Part shown: piece after piece, positions 36,484 through 47,134 of the stretch
Numbering within the stretch: the stretch's first letter is position 1
Layout: each line of letters begins with the position of its first letter
NCBI GenBank assembly: GCA_023245355.1
Contig: JAHFKN010000001.1
Span: 203,528-267,527, forward strand
Reading direction: 5' to 3'
Source: Candidatus Gottesmanbacteria bacterium
Lineage (GTDB): Bacteria; Patescibacteriota; Microgenomatia; UBA10105; UBA927
Length of the DNA stretch: 64,000 nt
Notes under the pieces: model-generated
Seen by the model: the letters and a program-made list of their open reading frames with translations, nothing else
Told to the model about the DNA's origin: nothing
The model's database searches: none
Program-made: the position numbers and the translations under genes

Positions 36484-37566
36484 TTACAACGCGATAATCC
36501 AGACAATCAGCGCGCCGATTGTACCGTGAGACGCAATCAACCACCCCAATGGCATAGTATCAAGAAATCGGCTCGAGGCAAAATTCCAGCTGATGAGAAA
36601 ATAACTCAGTATGAGAAACCCCCTGGTGCGGCGCGGCATATGACTCATCCACAGCATGATATATGTCGGAATCAGCAGAACGAAATGGTGCTGCCAGGCG
36701 ATAGGTTCCATAAGCAGCAATGCCGGCATATACCTCCACATGCTTTCCCCAAATGGCCGTTGTTTTTTCCAACATGCATACCAGGTGATCAGGGCGACCG
36801 CGAGCGTTGCGGCGCCAAACACCCATACCGATGCAACACCGGCGCGTGAGAGTAATCCCGTAAGACTCTGGTTATAATAAATGCCTGCGTCGGTAAACCC
36901 CCGGGTTAACTGCGTGAGCCGTTGCACATAGACAGCATATGCCTCCGTACCCCAAAAAAAGAACGACAGCATACCCGATACAAAAAGTGCCCCGGCAGCT
37001 CCCAAAAGCACCCGCCACTGTTTGCAAAGCCCCATAACGGGCAATACCAATACCAATTCCGGCTTGAGCAACCAGGAAACGGCCATCATGACGCCCGACA
37101 TGATGCGGTATCTTTTGTGAGATGAAAGCAGCACCGATACGACGACAAACAGCAGCGCGATCAGGTTTACCTGCCCCATGCCCAACGTAAACTGCGTCGG
37201 AAACGAAAGATATGAAAGTACCGCAATAAGCATGAGCGCGCGCGGATGCGTTATGGCTTCTGACCGGGCGATCAATGCCACAATCAGAATCAAACTTACA
37301 AAGGACACCATCACCCATACCGCTTGGGCCACGCTAAACGGCAGGTAGTGTAACGGCGCGTACAGAAGCACTGATGGAGGCGGCAATAAATGGATAGGGC
37401 GCGCGACTCTGTCGGTTGCCTCCCCGGCCGCCTGGTAGTAGTACGCGAAATCGGGGGCAGAGGTTGTGATGATACGCCAGAGGGAATATGCGGCTTTTGC
37501 CAAAGCCAGCAGGATAACGACGGAAATTGCGGGGCTGTCTAGCCGCGATTTTGCTGGAGCTGCCAT
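36484..37566 (-). CDS. Polytopic membrane protein, GT87/DUF2029-like glycosyltransferase candidate
   Basis: About ten TM helices in a glycosylation locus. No catalytic motif recognised. Confidence 0.35.
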   Translation of the reverse strand: MAAPAKSRLDSPAISVVILLALAKAAYSLWRIITTSAPDFAYYYQAAGEATDRVARPIHLLPPPSVLLYAPLHYLPFSVAQAVWVMVSFVSLILIVALIARSEAITHPRALMLIAVLSYLSFPTQFTLGMGQVNLIALLFVVVSVLLSSHKRYRIMSGVMMAVSWLLKPELVLVLPVMGLCKQWRVLLGAAGALFVSGMLSFFFWGTEAYAVYVQRLTQLTRGFTDAGIYYNQSLTGLLSRAGVASVWVFGAATLAVALITWYACWKKQRPFGESMWRYMPALLLMEPIAWQHHFVLLIPTYIMLWMSHMPRRTRGFLILSYFLISWNFASSRFLDTMPLGWLIASHGTIGALIVWIIAL

Positions 37567-38294
37567 AATTTTGCGCGTGTCAGAAACGAGTGGAAACTCA
37601 TCATGATCGCAATCGTGATACCCGGCATACCGTCCAGGAATCCGAGGCGCAGGATATAGTTCTGGAAAAATTTTCCGACAGGATACAACACGATCTGCAG
37701 CCAGGAGACACGCACTTTTTCTTCAAAAAGATATGCTGCATTGATCGAGGAATACGTATTTATGTCATCCAGAAAATGTGCGACGTTCGGATGGGGAGTA
37801 TGCCTGAGCGGATTGATAAGCGTTCCCACGACACCAGTCACATTCCATACTTCATGCACCGGGCGCTGCCACTGCCCTTTCCCCTTTTTGGCCAGCCGGA
37901 TAAGCCTGACGTTCTGCGTTTCTCCGTGAAGCAACGGTTTCCCCCACATCACATCCTGCCGTTTGAGATAAAATCCGTTCACGTCAACCTGCAGCACGGC
38001 TTCTTTCACTTCACGGGCAAGTGATTCCGGCACTTCTTCGTCGGAATCGACAAACAGCACCCACTCCCCGCGTGCTTTTGACAACCCGAAATTCCTCTGC
38101 GCGGCAAAATTCCCTCCGAGCTCCCGCTCATGCACCAACGCCCCGGACTTTTCGGCGATACTGTGCGTTTTGTCTTCGGAATGATCATCTATAACCAGCA
38201 CTTCGTCACAGAATTTGACGCTATCAAGCGTGGATGCGAGGGTATCTTCGTTATTATGCGTCAGAACAACCGCGGATATACCCATAGTGTGCAT
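37539..38294 (-). CDS. Family 2 glycosyltransferase
   Basis: ISAVVLTHNNEDTLASTLDS...VLVIDDHSED...FVDSDEE contains the GT-A DxD. Confidence 0.7.
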   Translation of the reverse strand: MHTMGISAVVLTHNNEDTLASTLDSVKFCDEVLVIDDHSEDKTHSIAEKSGALVHERELGGNFAAQRNFGLSKARGEWVLFVDSDEEVPESLAREVKEAVLQVDVNGFYLKRQDVMWGKPLLHGETQNVRLIRLAKKGKGQWQRPVHEVWNVTGVVGTLINPLRHTPHPNVAHFLDDINTYSSINAAYLFEEKVRVSWLQIVLYPVGKFFQNYILRLGFLDGMPGITIAIMMSFHSFLTRAKLWQLQQNRG

Positions 38295-38313
38295 TCATTG
38301 TATCATACGCATA

Positions 38314-39444
38314 ATGGAACTCCGGCGTGCCGTACTCCTTATCGTTGTCATCTATATCCTCGGGTTTATGACTCACGCGTGGCATCTTCGGAAAACCGTG
38401 TACGGCGACGGCATATTTTACTATGCATGGCTGCGGTCCGTTGTGGTCGACCACGATATAAACTTTGCCGATGAGTATGCACGCGAGCAGGTAAACCAAC
38501 CCAAAACGGTTTACGGCCAGTACGGCAATAAATACAGCGTCGGACCCGCACTGTTATGGGCGCCTCTGTATGTCACAACCCATGCTATTGTCCGCGGGGA
38601 CGGCTGGGGTCTGCCGTATCAGCTTTCCGTGGGAATCATATCCGTGCTGTACGCACTTTCAGGACTCATATTACTTATCCGCCTGATTAAACTCCCTCCC
38701 CGCATTATGTCGCTTATCCTGCTTTTAACAGCCGGAGCGACGAACCTGCTTTTTTACGGAAGTCTGGATACCGTCAATTCCCACGCACTTTCGTTTTTTA
38801 CCGCCGTCGTGTATCTGCTGTTTATCTCCGCATCGAAAAAAAACTGGATTGCAATCGGCTTCGCCTTGGCACTCATCGCATCAGTGCGTCTTCAGGATCT
38901 CGTGTACATCATCGCCCTGATTCCTCTATGGAAACAGATACAGTGGCCCCGTCTGCTGCTCGGATTCTGGATAGGATTTACGCCCCAGATGTTGGCGTGG
39001 TCTCTGCTCTACGGCTCGCTTGTAAATCCGTATCTAGCCGGGGGAGAATCCTTTAACCTGCTGCGGCCGCATATCTTCGGCGTACTCATGAGCCTTCAGA
39101 GCGGACTCTTCCTGTGGACGCCGATTGTCGCCGTAGGAGTCGCCGGTCTATATCTGGCGCGTTCAGAGAATACAAAAAAACGCGTGAACATGCAGGTGCT
39201 CACCTACCTTTGTATCTTTTGCATACAGCTCTATCTGGTCGCAAGCTGGAGTACCTGGTGGCAGGGGGCCAGTGTCAGCGGACGGATGTTTGTGAGCATA
39301 CTGCCGCTTATTGCCGTAGGGTTGGGTGAAATCGTCCGCCGCATCTACATACACAAACTGCTCCGGAGCGTGCTGCCGCTTTTCGTACTTGGCATATGCG
39401 TGGTAAATGCGATGGGAATCTTTTACTACCTCTTCACCTACTGA
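38314..39444 (+). CDS. Polytopic membrane protein, putative GT-C glycosyltransferase (PMT/ArnT-like)
   Basis: About eleven TM helices in the glycosylation locus. Start set at Met 38314 to avoid overlapping the divergent GT2. Confidence 0.35.
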   Translation: MELRRAVLLIVVIYILGFMTHAWHLRKTVYGDGIFYYAWLRSVVVDHDINFADEYAREQVNQPKTVYGQYGNKYSVGPALLWAPLYVTTHAIVRGDGWGLPYQLSVGIISVLYALSGLILLIRLIKLPPRIMSLILLLTAGATNLLFYGSLDTVNSHALSFFTAVVYLLFISASKKNWIAIGFALALIASVRLQDLVYIIALIPLWKQIQWPRLLLGFWIGFTPQMLAWSLLYGSLVNPYLAGGESFNLLRPHIFGVLMSLQSGLFLWTPIVAVGVAGLYLARSENTKKRVNMQVLTYLCIFCIQLYLVASWSTWWQGASVSGRMFVSILPLIAVGLGEIVRRIYIHKLLRSVLPLFVLGICVVNAMGIFYYLFTY

Positions 39445-40588
39445 AAAGTACACGCTCATATACGCGTGCGACCGCCCGAGCTCCCACCCTGATATCGTGC
39501 CTGGAAACGGCCCGTTTGCGCGCGCGGGCAGCATACATACCGCGCTTTTTCGGAGTGATAAGAAAAGATATAATTTCCCGGGCGATTGCGTCAGGATCTG
39601 ACGGGGGGACTACGATTGCGGCGTCTCCCACGTTTTCCGGAATCCCTCCGCATCTGGTTGTAACTATCGGGAGTCCGCTGGCCTGCGCTTCCAGAAGCGC
39701 CATACCGTATTGCTCTTCCCACGTCTTTGTCGACGTGCTGGGAGCCAGGAATATGTCGGCCTCGCGATAGAGGCGGGGCATTTGATCATACGTAGCACTC
39801 TCCACGGTCGAGTGCCAATTTTTCCCGATTACCCTGTTTTGGTTTGCTAGTACCTGCTGCCACGGCCCGCTCCCGACAAACACCCACTGTATCCTGAAGC
39901 CCCTGCGCACTGCTTCGGAGATGATGTTTGGCGCCGCCGCCAAAATGTCCGGCACTCCTTTTTCGCTTACCAGCCGACCGCAAAAAAGGATAGTAAACAG
40001 CCGCCTCTTGGGGTCGGCTAGATGCGTAAGCCAGCCTTTCTCCGGCGCAAAGCGGGCAGTATCGATATGAGCCCCGATAACAGAAATCTTACGCGGGTCA
40101 GTACCCTCAGAAACCAGTGCGGCTTTCGCTTTTTCCGTCACGGCGATGATGTGGTCGAGTTCCCGGCGCGCACGCGCTTTGTACGCCAATCTGCCCCTGA
40201 TCCCCTCGTTGTTATGAGGAATCGTTTCCCACACGGTCGCAACTACACTTCTCACCCGCCCTCTCTTTTTGGCGTTGAGACACTGCTGGGTGTACCGGAA
40301 ATACGTTTCGGCTGTATGTACAAGATCAAATCCCCGGAGCGCATCCTCAAGCCCGTACAAATACTGCGCATCGGTCCACACCCTGTTTATAATCGGCATT
40401 TTGTACGGAACATCCGGCAGATCCATGGGACTCGGGAGCTTAATAACCGGGAATGCAAAGGCTTCATGCATCGGGGTAAGAGAACCGAACGCGGTAATCC
40501 GGTACCGGGATGTAAGCGGCTCAAACGTCTGCATCTCGTAGCGGTTTAAGAATTTTCCGCGGACAATCGCGACAGCGGGGAGTTTCAT
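39434..40588 (-). CDS. Family 4 glycosyltransferase
   Basis: C-terminal EQYGMALLEAQASGLPIVTTRCGGIPE is the GT-B E-x7-E region. Confidence 0.7.
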   Translation of the reverse strand: MKLPAVAIVRGKFLNRYEMQTFEPLTSRYRITAFGSLTPMHEAFAFPVIKLPSPMDLPDVPYKMPIINRVWTDAQYLYGLEDALRGFDLVHTAETYFRYTQQCLNAKKRGRVRSVVATVWETIPHNNEGIRGRLAYKARARRELDHIIAVTEKAKAALVSEGTDPRKISVIGAHIDTARFAPEKGWLTHLADPKRRLFTILFCGRLVSEKGVPDILAAAPNIISEAVRRGFRIQWVFVGSGPWQQVLANQNRVIGKNWHSTVESATYDQMPRLYREADIFLAPSTSTKTWEEQYGMALLEAQASGLPIVTTRCGGIPENVGDAAIVVPPSDPDAIAREIISFLITPKKRGMYAARARKRAVSRHDIRVGARAVARVYERVLFSR

Positions 40589-41679
40589 GAGCGCCGGTAC
40601 CTGGTCATGACGTCATAGACAGTCTGAGCAAACGAACGCCACGCAAACTGTTTAGCGCGTGTAACTCCGTTTTGTATAAGCCGCGCTCTGAGTGACGCGT
40701 CCTGCGTGACGCGGCAAATCGCATCTGTCAGCGCCCGTTCGTTCCCCGGGTCTACCAGTATGCCGGCTGAGCCCACTACCTCCGGGTATGCGCCCGCCGT
40801 CGAACCGATCACCGGACATCCGCAGGCCATCGCCTCTACGACCGGCAATCCGAACCCTTCGATAAGCGAGACGGTAAGAAACGCTGATGCTCCGCGGTAA
40901 TATTCGGCGAGCGTATCGTCATCTACGAAACCGACGATTTTTACCCGTTTTGCCAACCCTAACGAATTGATCGTCGCGGATATCCCGGGATCCAGCCAAT
41001 AGTCGCTTCCGACCAGCAGAAAATCATACGCTTCTTTTTGCGTTGCCAAAAACGCCGCAAAGGCCCGGATCATCATCGGCACGTTCTTGCCCGGCTTGAG
41101 TGAACCGACGAAGAGAAAATACGGATTCGCATGCCGGTACTTTTTCCCCGTCCGGTGAAATTGCTTTTCCACGCCCAGGTAGGCGACGGTCAGCTTCTCT
41201 TTAGGTACATGGTATATACGCCGGATACTGTCTGCGGAAGATTGCGAAATGGTAATGATGTGATGCGATTTGCGGACAACGGCTCTGGTTTGACCAGAAA
41301 GGGTGAAATACGACTCGCGGTAAAACTCCGGGTGATCCAGGAATCCCACGTCATAAATGAACCCGATTTTCTTAACGTCGTACAATGTAAATGGTAATGA
41401 TTGGGATATACCCAGATACATATCGACCGGATTCGTTATGAGTTCCAGAGGTTGCCATATTTTTTGGAATCCGGGACGCGGCAACTGGATAAAGTCTACA
41501 TTTCGCTTCCGAAGCTCATGACTTCCCCTCTCTCCCCTGCTGAAGCTATAAATCCTATAGTCATTTTTCGCATCAATCGCCGGCAATTCTTTCACCAAAT
41601 TGTGCGCCACACGGTATACGCCGACTTTCAGCCGGTCATCGGTAATGGATAACGCTCCACCGTCTATCCCTACCTTCAT
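40585..41679 (-). CDS. Family 4 glycosyltransferase
   Basis: EGFGLPVVEAMACGCPVIGSTAGAYPEVVG. Confidence 0.7.
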   Translation of the reverse strand: MKVGIDGGALSITDDRLKVGVYRVAHNLVKELPAIDAKNDYRIYSFSRGERGSHELRKRNVDFIQLPRPGFQKIWQPLELITNPVDMYLGISQSLPFTLYDVKKIGFIYDVGFLDHPEFYRESYFTLSGQTRAVVRKSHHIITISQSSADSIRRIYHVPKEKLTVAYLGVEKQFHRTGKKYRHANPYFLFVGSLKPGKNVPMMIRAFAAFLATQKEAYDFLLVGSDYWLDPGISATINSLGLAKRVKIVGFVDDDTLAEYYRGASAFLTVSLIEGFGLPVVEAMACGCPVIGSTAGAYPEVVGSAGILVDPGNERALTDAICRVTQDASLRARLIQNGVTRAKQFAWRSFAQTVYDVMTRYRRS

Positions 41680-42446
41680 ACTCCCCTCCCCGTATATGCT
41701 CCGAAGCGCCGCAACGCGTAATCTCTGATTCCGGCCAGCGCTCCCTTTTCATGCCGCATGATATGTTCTGATATGGTTTTGGGCATACGGAAAAATTCAT
41801 AAAGTTTGACCGGCGTAGGGGCAAGCCGCTTCACGAACAGCAAATGATTGCGTGCCAGATAATACTGATGCAGCCGGGATCCTTTCCCGAGCGAGGCGGA
41901 CTCTTCGTGCTCTGCTTCTTCCATCGCAATTTTCGTGAGCGGGAATCCGGCGAGTTTGGCGCGGATACAGAAATCCGCATCCTCGTAATAAAGAAAATAC
42001 GGTTCGAAAAAGTATCCGATTTTACTGACCACTTTCTCATGAATAGCCAGACACGAACCGGTGAGGTAGTCCACGCGCTCAGACGGCAGCAGGGTCGTCC
42101 GCCTGCTGGCATCTAACCCCGCGCCGAACGGCCCGGCTATACAGGGAGAAAGGGTTTTACATGCCTTGAGCAGATTGTGTATCGACAACTTGGTAAACGA
42201 AATGTCCTGATTTAAAATCACAAACCACTTCACTCCCAAACCGCTGGCGTGATGAATCCCGATATTTGCCGCGGCCGCGTATCCCAGATTCCGGGTCTGG
42301 GAAAGCAGCGTCGCCCGCCCTACATCGTCGAGTGTGAGCGTGCTGCCGTTATCCACGATGATAACCGTGTGGTCTTTGAGCCGCAAAAGAAGCCGTCTGA
42401 ATGCTTCCATTTTGGGTTTATAGGCGATGATGATAAACGCAACCAT
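41676..42446 (-). CDS. Family 2 glycosyltransferase
   Basis: VAFIIIAYKP...TVIIVDNGST...QDISF GT-A fold motifs. Confidence 0.6.
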   Translation of the reverse strand: MVAFIIIAYKPKMEAFRRLLLRLKDHTVIIVDNGSTLTLDDVGRATLLSQTRNLGYAAAANIGIHHASGLGVKWFVILNQDISFTKLSIHNLLKACKTLSPCIAGPFGAGLDASRRTTLLPSERVDYLTGSCLAIHEKVVSKIGYFFEPYFLYYEDADFCIRAKLAGFPLTKIAMEEAEHEESASLGKGSRLHQYYLARNHLLFVKRLAPTPVKLYEFFRMPKTISEHIMRHEKGALAGIRDYALRRFGAYTGRGV

Positions 42447-42482
42447 ACCGTGTGTGCTGTGGCCTATTGTACCAAAATGCTC

Positions 42483-43517
42483 CTAATATAGTTTCCGGAG
42501 CGATCTGTAGAGCCACAAAGCACCAATGGGAACGAGAAAATACAGAGCAAGAAGCGGAAGTTCGATAAGGGTAAAGATGACGGCGTCCGGGTGGTAATAC
42601 GAAAACGACGTATAGGTAGGCGTGCCGCTGAGCGCACCCAAGACACCCAACACGGTTAAAAGAAACGTAAGCCACTGCATGATGGGCCAATGGGTACAAA
42701 GAAGAATCATAGAATATTTCCCAACATACACGAGTGCGTCGTGGATAAATCCGCTCAGGCCGGCCATACCCTTTGCCGCGCGGATAACGAGAATGCTTCC
42801 CGTCAGCGCCGTAATCCAGTACACCGCGGGCTGATGAAATACCCGGCCGAATATATCTACCGTTCCGTTATACCAGACGAGAGCCATGAATCCGCCGGCG
42901 AGCATATACCATGCAAGTTTCGGCACCTGTTCCCAACGAGTGGCAGAAAGCCACGAACCCATGACCATACAGGCGGCAAACAGAAACGCAAGATCGTATG
43001 AGAACACGAGTTTGGTGCCGGACGGATTGATCATAAACGACACGACCACAAGCACGTGAGCGGTGAAAAGTAGACCGAGCTTGTTTATCGGAAGAATAAG
43101 CCGGCGCACGATGGCAAACATAATGGCAGCCAGGAAAAACGACGGCAAAAACCACAGCGGACCGTTGTAGATGAGCCCGGTTCCGGTTGCAAACTGATGT
43201 AAACCTTCCTGCCAGGAAGCAAACAGCACACTTCCCGGCGCATACATGCGCAGCACCAGCCACAGAGCGTACGTAGATAGCCCGTACAGCAGGTACGGCA
43301 CAAGCAGTGAACGAATCCGACGCAGCAGTACCTGCCCCGGCGAGTAGTTGCCGCCAGCAATCATCCCGTGAAGCACGGCAAATACGGGCAGCATCCACGG
43401 CGTGATAAGCGGGAGCAATTGGTGCTGAAAAGGCAGGAATCCCGTGTGGTAGGCGATGACGGAGAGGATAGCGATACCCCGGGCGATATCTACGTAGTCT
43501 ATGCGCTTAGGGTTCAT
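42483..43517 (-). CDS. Acyltransferase family 3 (OatA/OafA-like) membrane O-acyltransferase
   Basis: RIDYVDIARGIAILSVIAYH N-terminal signature. About ten TM helices. Confidence 0.7.
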   Translation of the reverse strand: MNPKRIDYVDIARGIAILSVIAYHTGFLPFQHQLLPLITPWMLPVFAVLHGMIAGGNYSPGQVLLRRIRSLLVPYLLYGLSTYALWLVLRMYAPGSVLFASWQEGLHQFATGTGLIYNGPLWFLPSFFLAAIMFAIVRRLILPINKLGLLFTAHVLVVVSFMINPSGTKLVFSYDLAFLFAACMVMGSWLSATRWEQVPKLAWYMLAGGFMALVWYNGTVDIFGRVFHQPAVYWITALTGSILVIRAAKGMAGLSGFIHDALVYVGKYSMILLCTHWPIMQWLTFLLTVLGVLGALSGTPTYTSFSYYHPDAVIFTLIELPLLALYFLVPIGALWLYRSLRKLY

Positions 43518-44220
43518 TGATGGTACTAACCCCTATTATATACCGATACAGGAGCAACCAGTACATAAGCGACTCCATGTAGCCGAAACAGAAAGCTATG
43601 AGGATTCCCCGCCACCCGTCGCGCCAGCCTTCGTCTTTGATCACCCGCGCCCACACCATGTGGGGGCCATACAGAAAGAGCTTTTTGAGGGTTACTTTTT
43701 CGCGGGCTTTATACTTCTCCCCCGCCATCTGCCACGCATATTTGGTAAATTTTGTGAGAACAATTAGTAGGTTACTATAAGAATAGTGATGAATAACACC
43801 CTTTAATTTTCCAATTTCCCCTTCAATTTCAGGATGCTCATGGATAGACACGGGAGTAAAAGCTCCATACTCCTTTCTAAAAAGCTGTTTTCGCGAATAG
43901 CGCTCACCACCAAAATGCACTGGTTTTCCAAATATATAATTTTGATATGAAATTTCATAACCATGTATATTATCGAGCGGATGACTAATTATATTTTTAA
44001 TTTCAGTTACTAACTCAGGCGAGACAACTTCATCGGTATCCAATATGAATACCCACTCATAAGCGGCACAGTTTATAAGCCGATTTTTTCGAGCCCCCAA
44101 CGGCGCTATTCCATCACTTGATATACCAACTAATATCTGTGGCGACAGATCTTGAACACTATTAACAGTTTTAGCTAAGTATTTATCTACTTGTCGACAA
44201 ACAATAAGCACAGAAAGCAT
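43507..44220 (-). CDS. Family 2 glycosyltransferase (AT-rich)
   Basis: LSVLIVCRQVDKYL...ILDTDEV shows the GT-A DxD. Its codon composition differs from neighbouring genes. Confidence 0.55.
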   Translation of the reverse strand: MLSVLIVCRQVDKYLAKTVNSVQDLSPQILVGISSDGIAPLGARKNRLINCAAYEWVFILDTDEVVSPELVTEIKNIISHPLDNIHGYEISYQNYIFGKPVHFGGERYSRKQLFRKEYGAFTPVSIHEHPEIEGEIGKLKGVIHHYSYSNLLIVLTKFTKYAWQMAGEKYKAREKVTLKKLFLYGPHMVWARVIKDEGWRDGWRGILIAFCFGYMESLMYWLLLYRYIIGVSTINEP

Positions 44221-44227
44221 ATTTAGT

Positions 44228-45073
44228 TTATTTTCTTGCTACTACCACTATTAAACCGCCTCGATTTGTTAACCACCCTATCCATTCAGATATAAGAAAC
44301 AAAGGAATCAAAAAAATATAGATAAGCTTTAATAAATAATTACTGGAGAATTTTCCTTTTATATTTGACATGTAATCTAAACGATCCTCATAAGTATAAC
44401 TTTCTTGAATAGTAAAACCATTTGTCTTCAAATACTTGATTAAATATAAATATGAAAAATGCAAAACATGATCAGGAATACACCACCAATCCCAATAGTT
44501 ACCGGTAATCATAGCCATAATACTTTTATAATTTGGGGCTTGAACAAAAAGAAGTCCACCTGGCTTTAAAACTCTCTTAAGCTCATCAATATTCTTTGCC
44601 AATCTTGCATCATGTTCTAGCACATCATAACAAGTGACAACATCAAAACAATTATCTTTAAAGGGAATGTTGCATAATTCCCCGTCTCTAATCTCCAACC
44701 CCGTATTTTTAATCGCCTCTTTCCTAAGAATATTACTGGGTTCAACTCCAAATACACTCCATGACGAATACTGTTTTGTTAAATACTTAAGAAAGTATCC
44801 TGTACCACAACCTATATCCAATAATTTCTTCCCCGAACTGTATCGCTCTATAAGTGCCATGTGTCGAGCAAAACGTTGATTTAGCTTCGACCATGCATTT
44901 TTATATTCTTGTGCGTAGCGCACAGAATACTTTTTTTGAACATACTTAAACCGCTCTGATTCACTCGTTTTTGTCTGCAGTAAACCACATTTTACACATT
45001 GGATTAGCGCAAACCCACTTATATATCGATAGCTAATAAATTTATTAGTTAAGCAAGAGGCGCAGCGAAACAT
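44228..45073 (-). CDS. Class I SAM-dependent methyltransferase with N-terminal zinc ribbon
   Basis: LDIGCGTGYFLKYL (motif I). N-terminal CxxC...CxxC. Confidence 0.6.
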   Translation of the reverse strand: MFRCASCLTNKFISYRYISGFALIQCVKCGLLQTKTSESERFKYVQKKYSVRYAQEYKNAWSKLNQRFARHMALIERYSSGKKLLDIGCGTGYFLKYLTKQYSSWSVFGVEPSNILRKEAIKNTGLEIRDGELCNIPFKDNCFDVVTCYDVLEHDARLAKNIDELKRVLKPGGLLFVQAPNYKSIMAMITGNYWDWWCIPDHVLHFSYLYLIKYLKTNGFTIQESYTYEDRLDYMSNIKGKFSSNYLLKLIYIFLIPLFLISEWIGWLTNRGGLIVVVARK

Positions 45074-45100
45074 GTTGGTAGTGTAGCATATTTAATTTTT

Positions 45101-47134
45101 GTGAGACGTTATACATACAAAAACTTAATGAGGGTATATTGTCTAAATAATTTAGACCCGCAGGAGAATTGTGTGAAAAGGAACCTGTCTATTCTGTTGG
45201 TTTTGTTGACCTTTTGTGCTATTTTATTTTTTCCTCCCTCAATTAGGGCTATTTTACTTTTTATTGATTCATTTTCAGGTGGGTTTAACTCTTCCTGGTA
45301 TGTGCCAGCAGGAGCAGTCGCCCCTATATCTTCTTCATTTGGAATCACAGGTGCCGATTCCACAACTTGGAGTGTGATCCAGCTTCCAATAACAGAAAAT
45401 TATACTTATCAACTTCAATTTGATCTTAAAGTTAATCAAGAAAATACTTCTAACGCTTGGGGTGTTGGCATTTCAAATAACTTAGGTGCGTGGAAATTTG
45501 CTGGAAATTGGGGTCAACTATTACAAATACACGACTCAAGCGGAAGTGATAAATTAGTTAATTGGACGCAATCCCCTGGTATTCATCACTTTGAAGTGAT
45601 CGTGTCTCCAATTGGAAATACTCCATTCATTGTTAAAGAGGACGGTAACCTATTATATGAACTTAATTCTATTGCAAATTTCAACATCTCCTCTATAGTT
45701 GTGTCCATATTGGGTAAAGGAGATTATGAAATGGCAAATTTCGCTTTATCAACATATGAGTCGCCCACGCCAACCCCGACTATGGAACCAACAATTACAC
45801 CGACGCCTACCCCTCCAAATACTCCTACCCCTACTCCCACACCAAATCTAGCTAAAAAAGTTATTGTTCTTCACGGAGTCGGTGGCAGTTGGAATAAAGA
45901 CGCCATGATGAATTGCAAATCAGCAAACTACTCTGGATCTTGGTCTCCATGGAAAATTTCTAACTGGGATGTGTATGAACCACTAATTAACGGCCTTACT
46001 GACGCGGGTTATGAGCCGATACCATATTATTATGACTGGCGGCAGCAGGTGACAACTTCAGCATCAGAACTGGAAATATATATCCAAAATACTATTCCAA
46101 ATGATCAGACCTTTAACCTAGTGGGTCATAGTCTAGGCGGGCTAGTAGGAAGAGCATATTTAGAAAAAACAAAAATGAGCAGCAGACTAAATAAATTTAT
46201 GACAGTCGGATCATCTCATCAGGGATCGGTTTTCGCATATCCCGCATGGTCTGGTGGTGATATATGGATATCTGATCCAAAATTCCAAATCGGATTCACA
46301 CTTATGAAAGCCCTATGCAGTTCACGACGTAACTGGACCCCATTACAAGCAATACATAATGCATTTCCTTCTATTCAAAATCTATTACCAACATTTGATT
46401 ACCTAAAAGATTCTTTAGGAATACTAAAGCCTGAGTCCTCGATGGTTACACAAAATAACTGGCTACCTACCAACACTTTTAACCCTCCATTTTATGGAGT
46501 AACTGTCGGCTCTCTTTCCGGAAGTGGATATCAAACTCTACAGACACTTGAAGTTAAACCTCCAAGCCGAATCGACAAACGTATCGGTAACTGGTTAGAT
46601 GGAAAACCAACAGAGAACAAAACATATTCAGACGGCGATGGAACTGTATTAACTGAAAGCAGTCTTCTTCCTGGTGCCCAAAACACATTCCTCTCACTCA
46701 AACACGACGCCCTTATCTATGATCAGCAAGGGGTTGCAACTATACTCAATTTTCTTAATGGCAATGACTCTCTACGCGCGGCAGCCATAAACACTAACAA
46801 CAATGGTTTTTCTATAAAGCCATCTACAGGAATAAGCGCATTAGTCATAATAATAGACGGCGGGCGAGCTATTTTGACTGATAATGTTACCTCATTTGAG
46901 GATACGGAAGGTCAGATAACCTTGCTCAATCCACAAAATAATTCATACAAACTTACCGTAACTCCAGACAGTATTTTGCGCGGAAAAGCAAAATATAAAA
47001 TTATTGTCTTACAGTTATTTGAAGACGGCACATCTAAATTAAAGGAATATGAACGTCATGGGCTTTTTAAAAAGCATCTCAGACTTCGCTTCGATCGAGC
47101 AGGAAAAAATGAGGATATCCTTTATGACGACTAA
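45101..47134 (+). CDS. Secreted alpha/beta-hydrolase (lipase/esterase-like) with a Pro/Thr linker
   Basis: Hydrophobic N-terminus, linker PTPTPTMEPTITPTPTPPNTPTPTPTP, lipase nucleophile elbow NLVGHSLGGLVGRAYL. The true start may be ~45172. Confidence 0.5.
   Translation: MRRYTYKNLMRVYCLNNLDPQENCVKRNLSILLVLLTFCAILFFPPSIRAILLFIDSFSGGFNSSWYVPAGAVAPISSSFGITGADSTTWSVIQLPITENYTYQLQFDLKVNQENTSNAWGVGISNNLGAWKFAGNWGQLLQIHDSSGSDKLVNWTQSPGIHHFEVIVSPIGNTPFIVKEDGNLLYELNSIANFNISSIVVSILGKGDYEMANFALSTYESPTPTPTMEPTITPTPTPPNTPTPTPTPNLAKKVIVLHGVGGSWNKDAMMNCKSANYSGSWSPWKISNWDVYEPLINGLTDAGYEPIPYYYDWRQQVTTSASELEIYIQNTIPNDQTFNLVGHSLGGLVGRAYLEKTKMSSRLNKFMTVGSSHQGSVFAYPAWSGGDIWISDPKFQIGFTLMKALCSSRRNWTPLQAIHNAFPSIQNLLPTFDYLKDSLGILKPESSMVTQNNWLPTNTFNPPFYGVTVGSLSGSGYQTLQTLEVKPPSRIDKRIGNWLDGKPTENKTYSDGDGTVLTESSLLPGAQNTFLSLKHDALIYDQQGVATILNFLNGNDSLRAAAINTNNNGFSIKPSTGISALVIIIDGGRAILTDNVTSFEDTEGQITLLNPQNNSYKLTVTPDSILRGKAKYKIIVLQLFEDGTSKLKEYERHGLFKKHLRLRFDRAGKNEDILYDD

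Noticed and set aside
35222-37318. Numerous 60-160-aa ORFs on both strands across the O-antigen-ligase and GT87-like genes (e.g. 35668..36048, 36370..36849, 36872..37318)
   Set aside because: They are GC-rich sequence with few stop codons. They overlap longer ORFs that have coherent TM topology and motifs, so they are treated as spurious.
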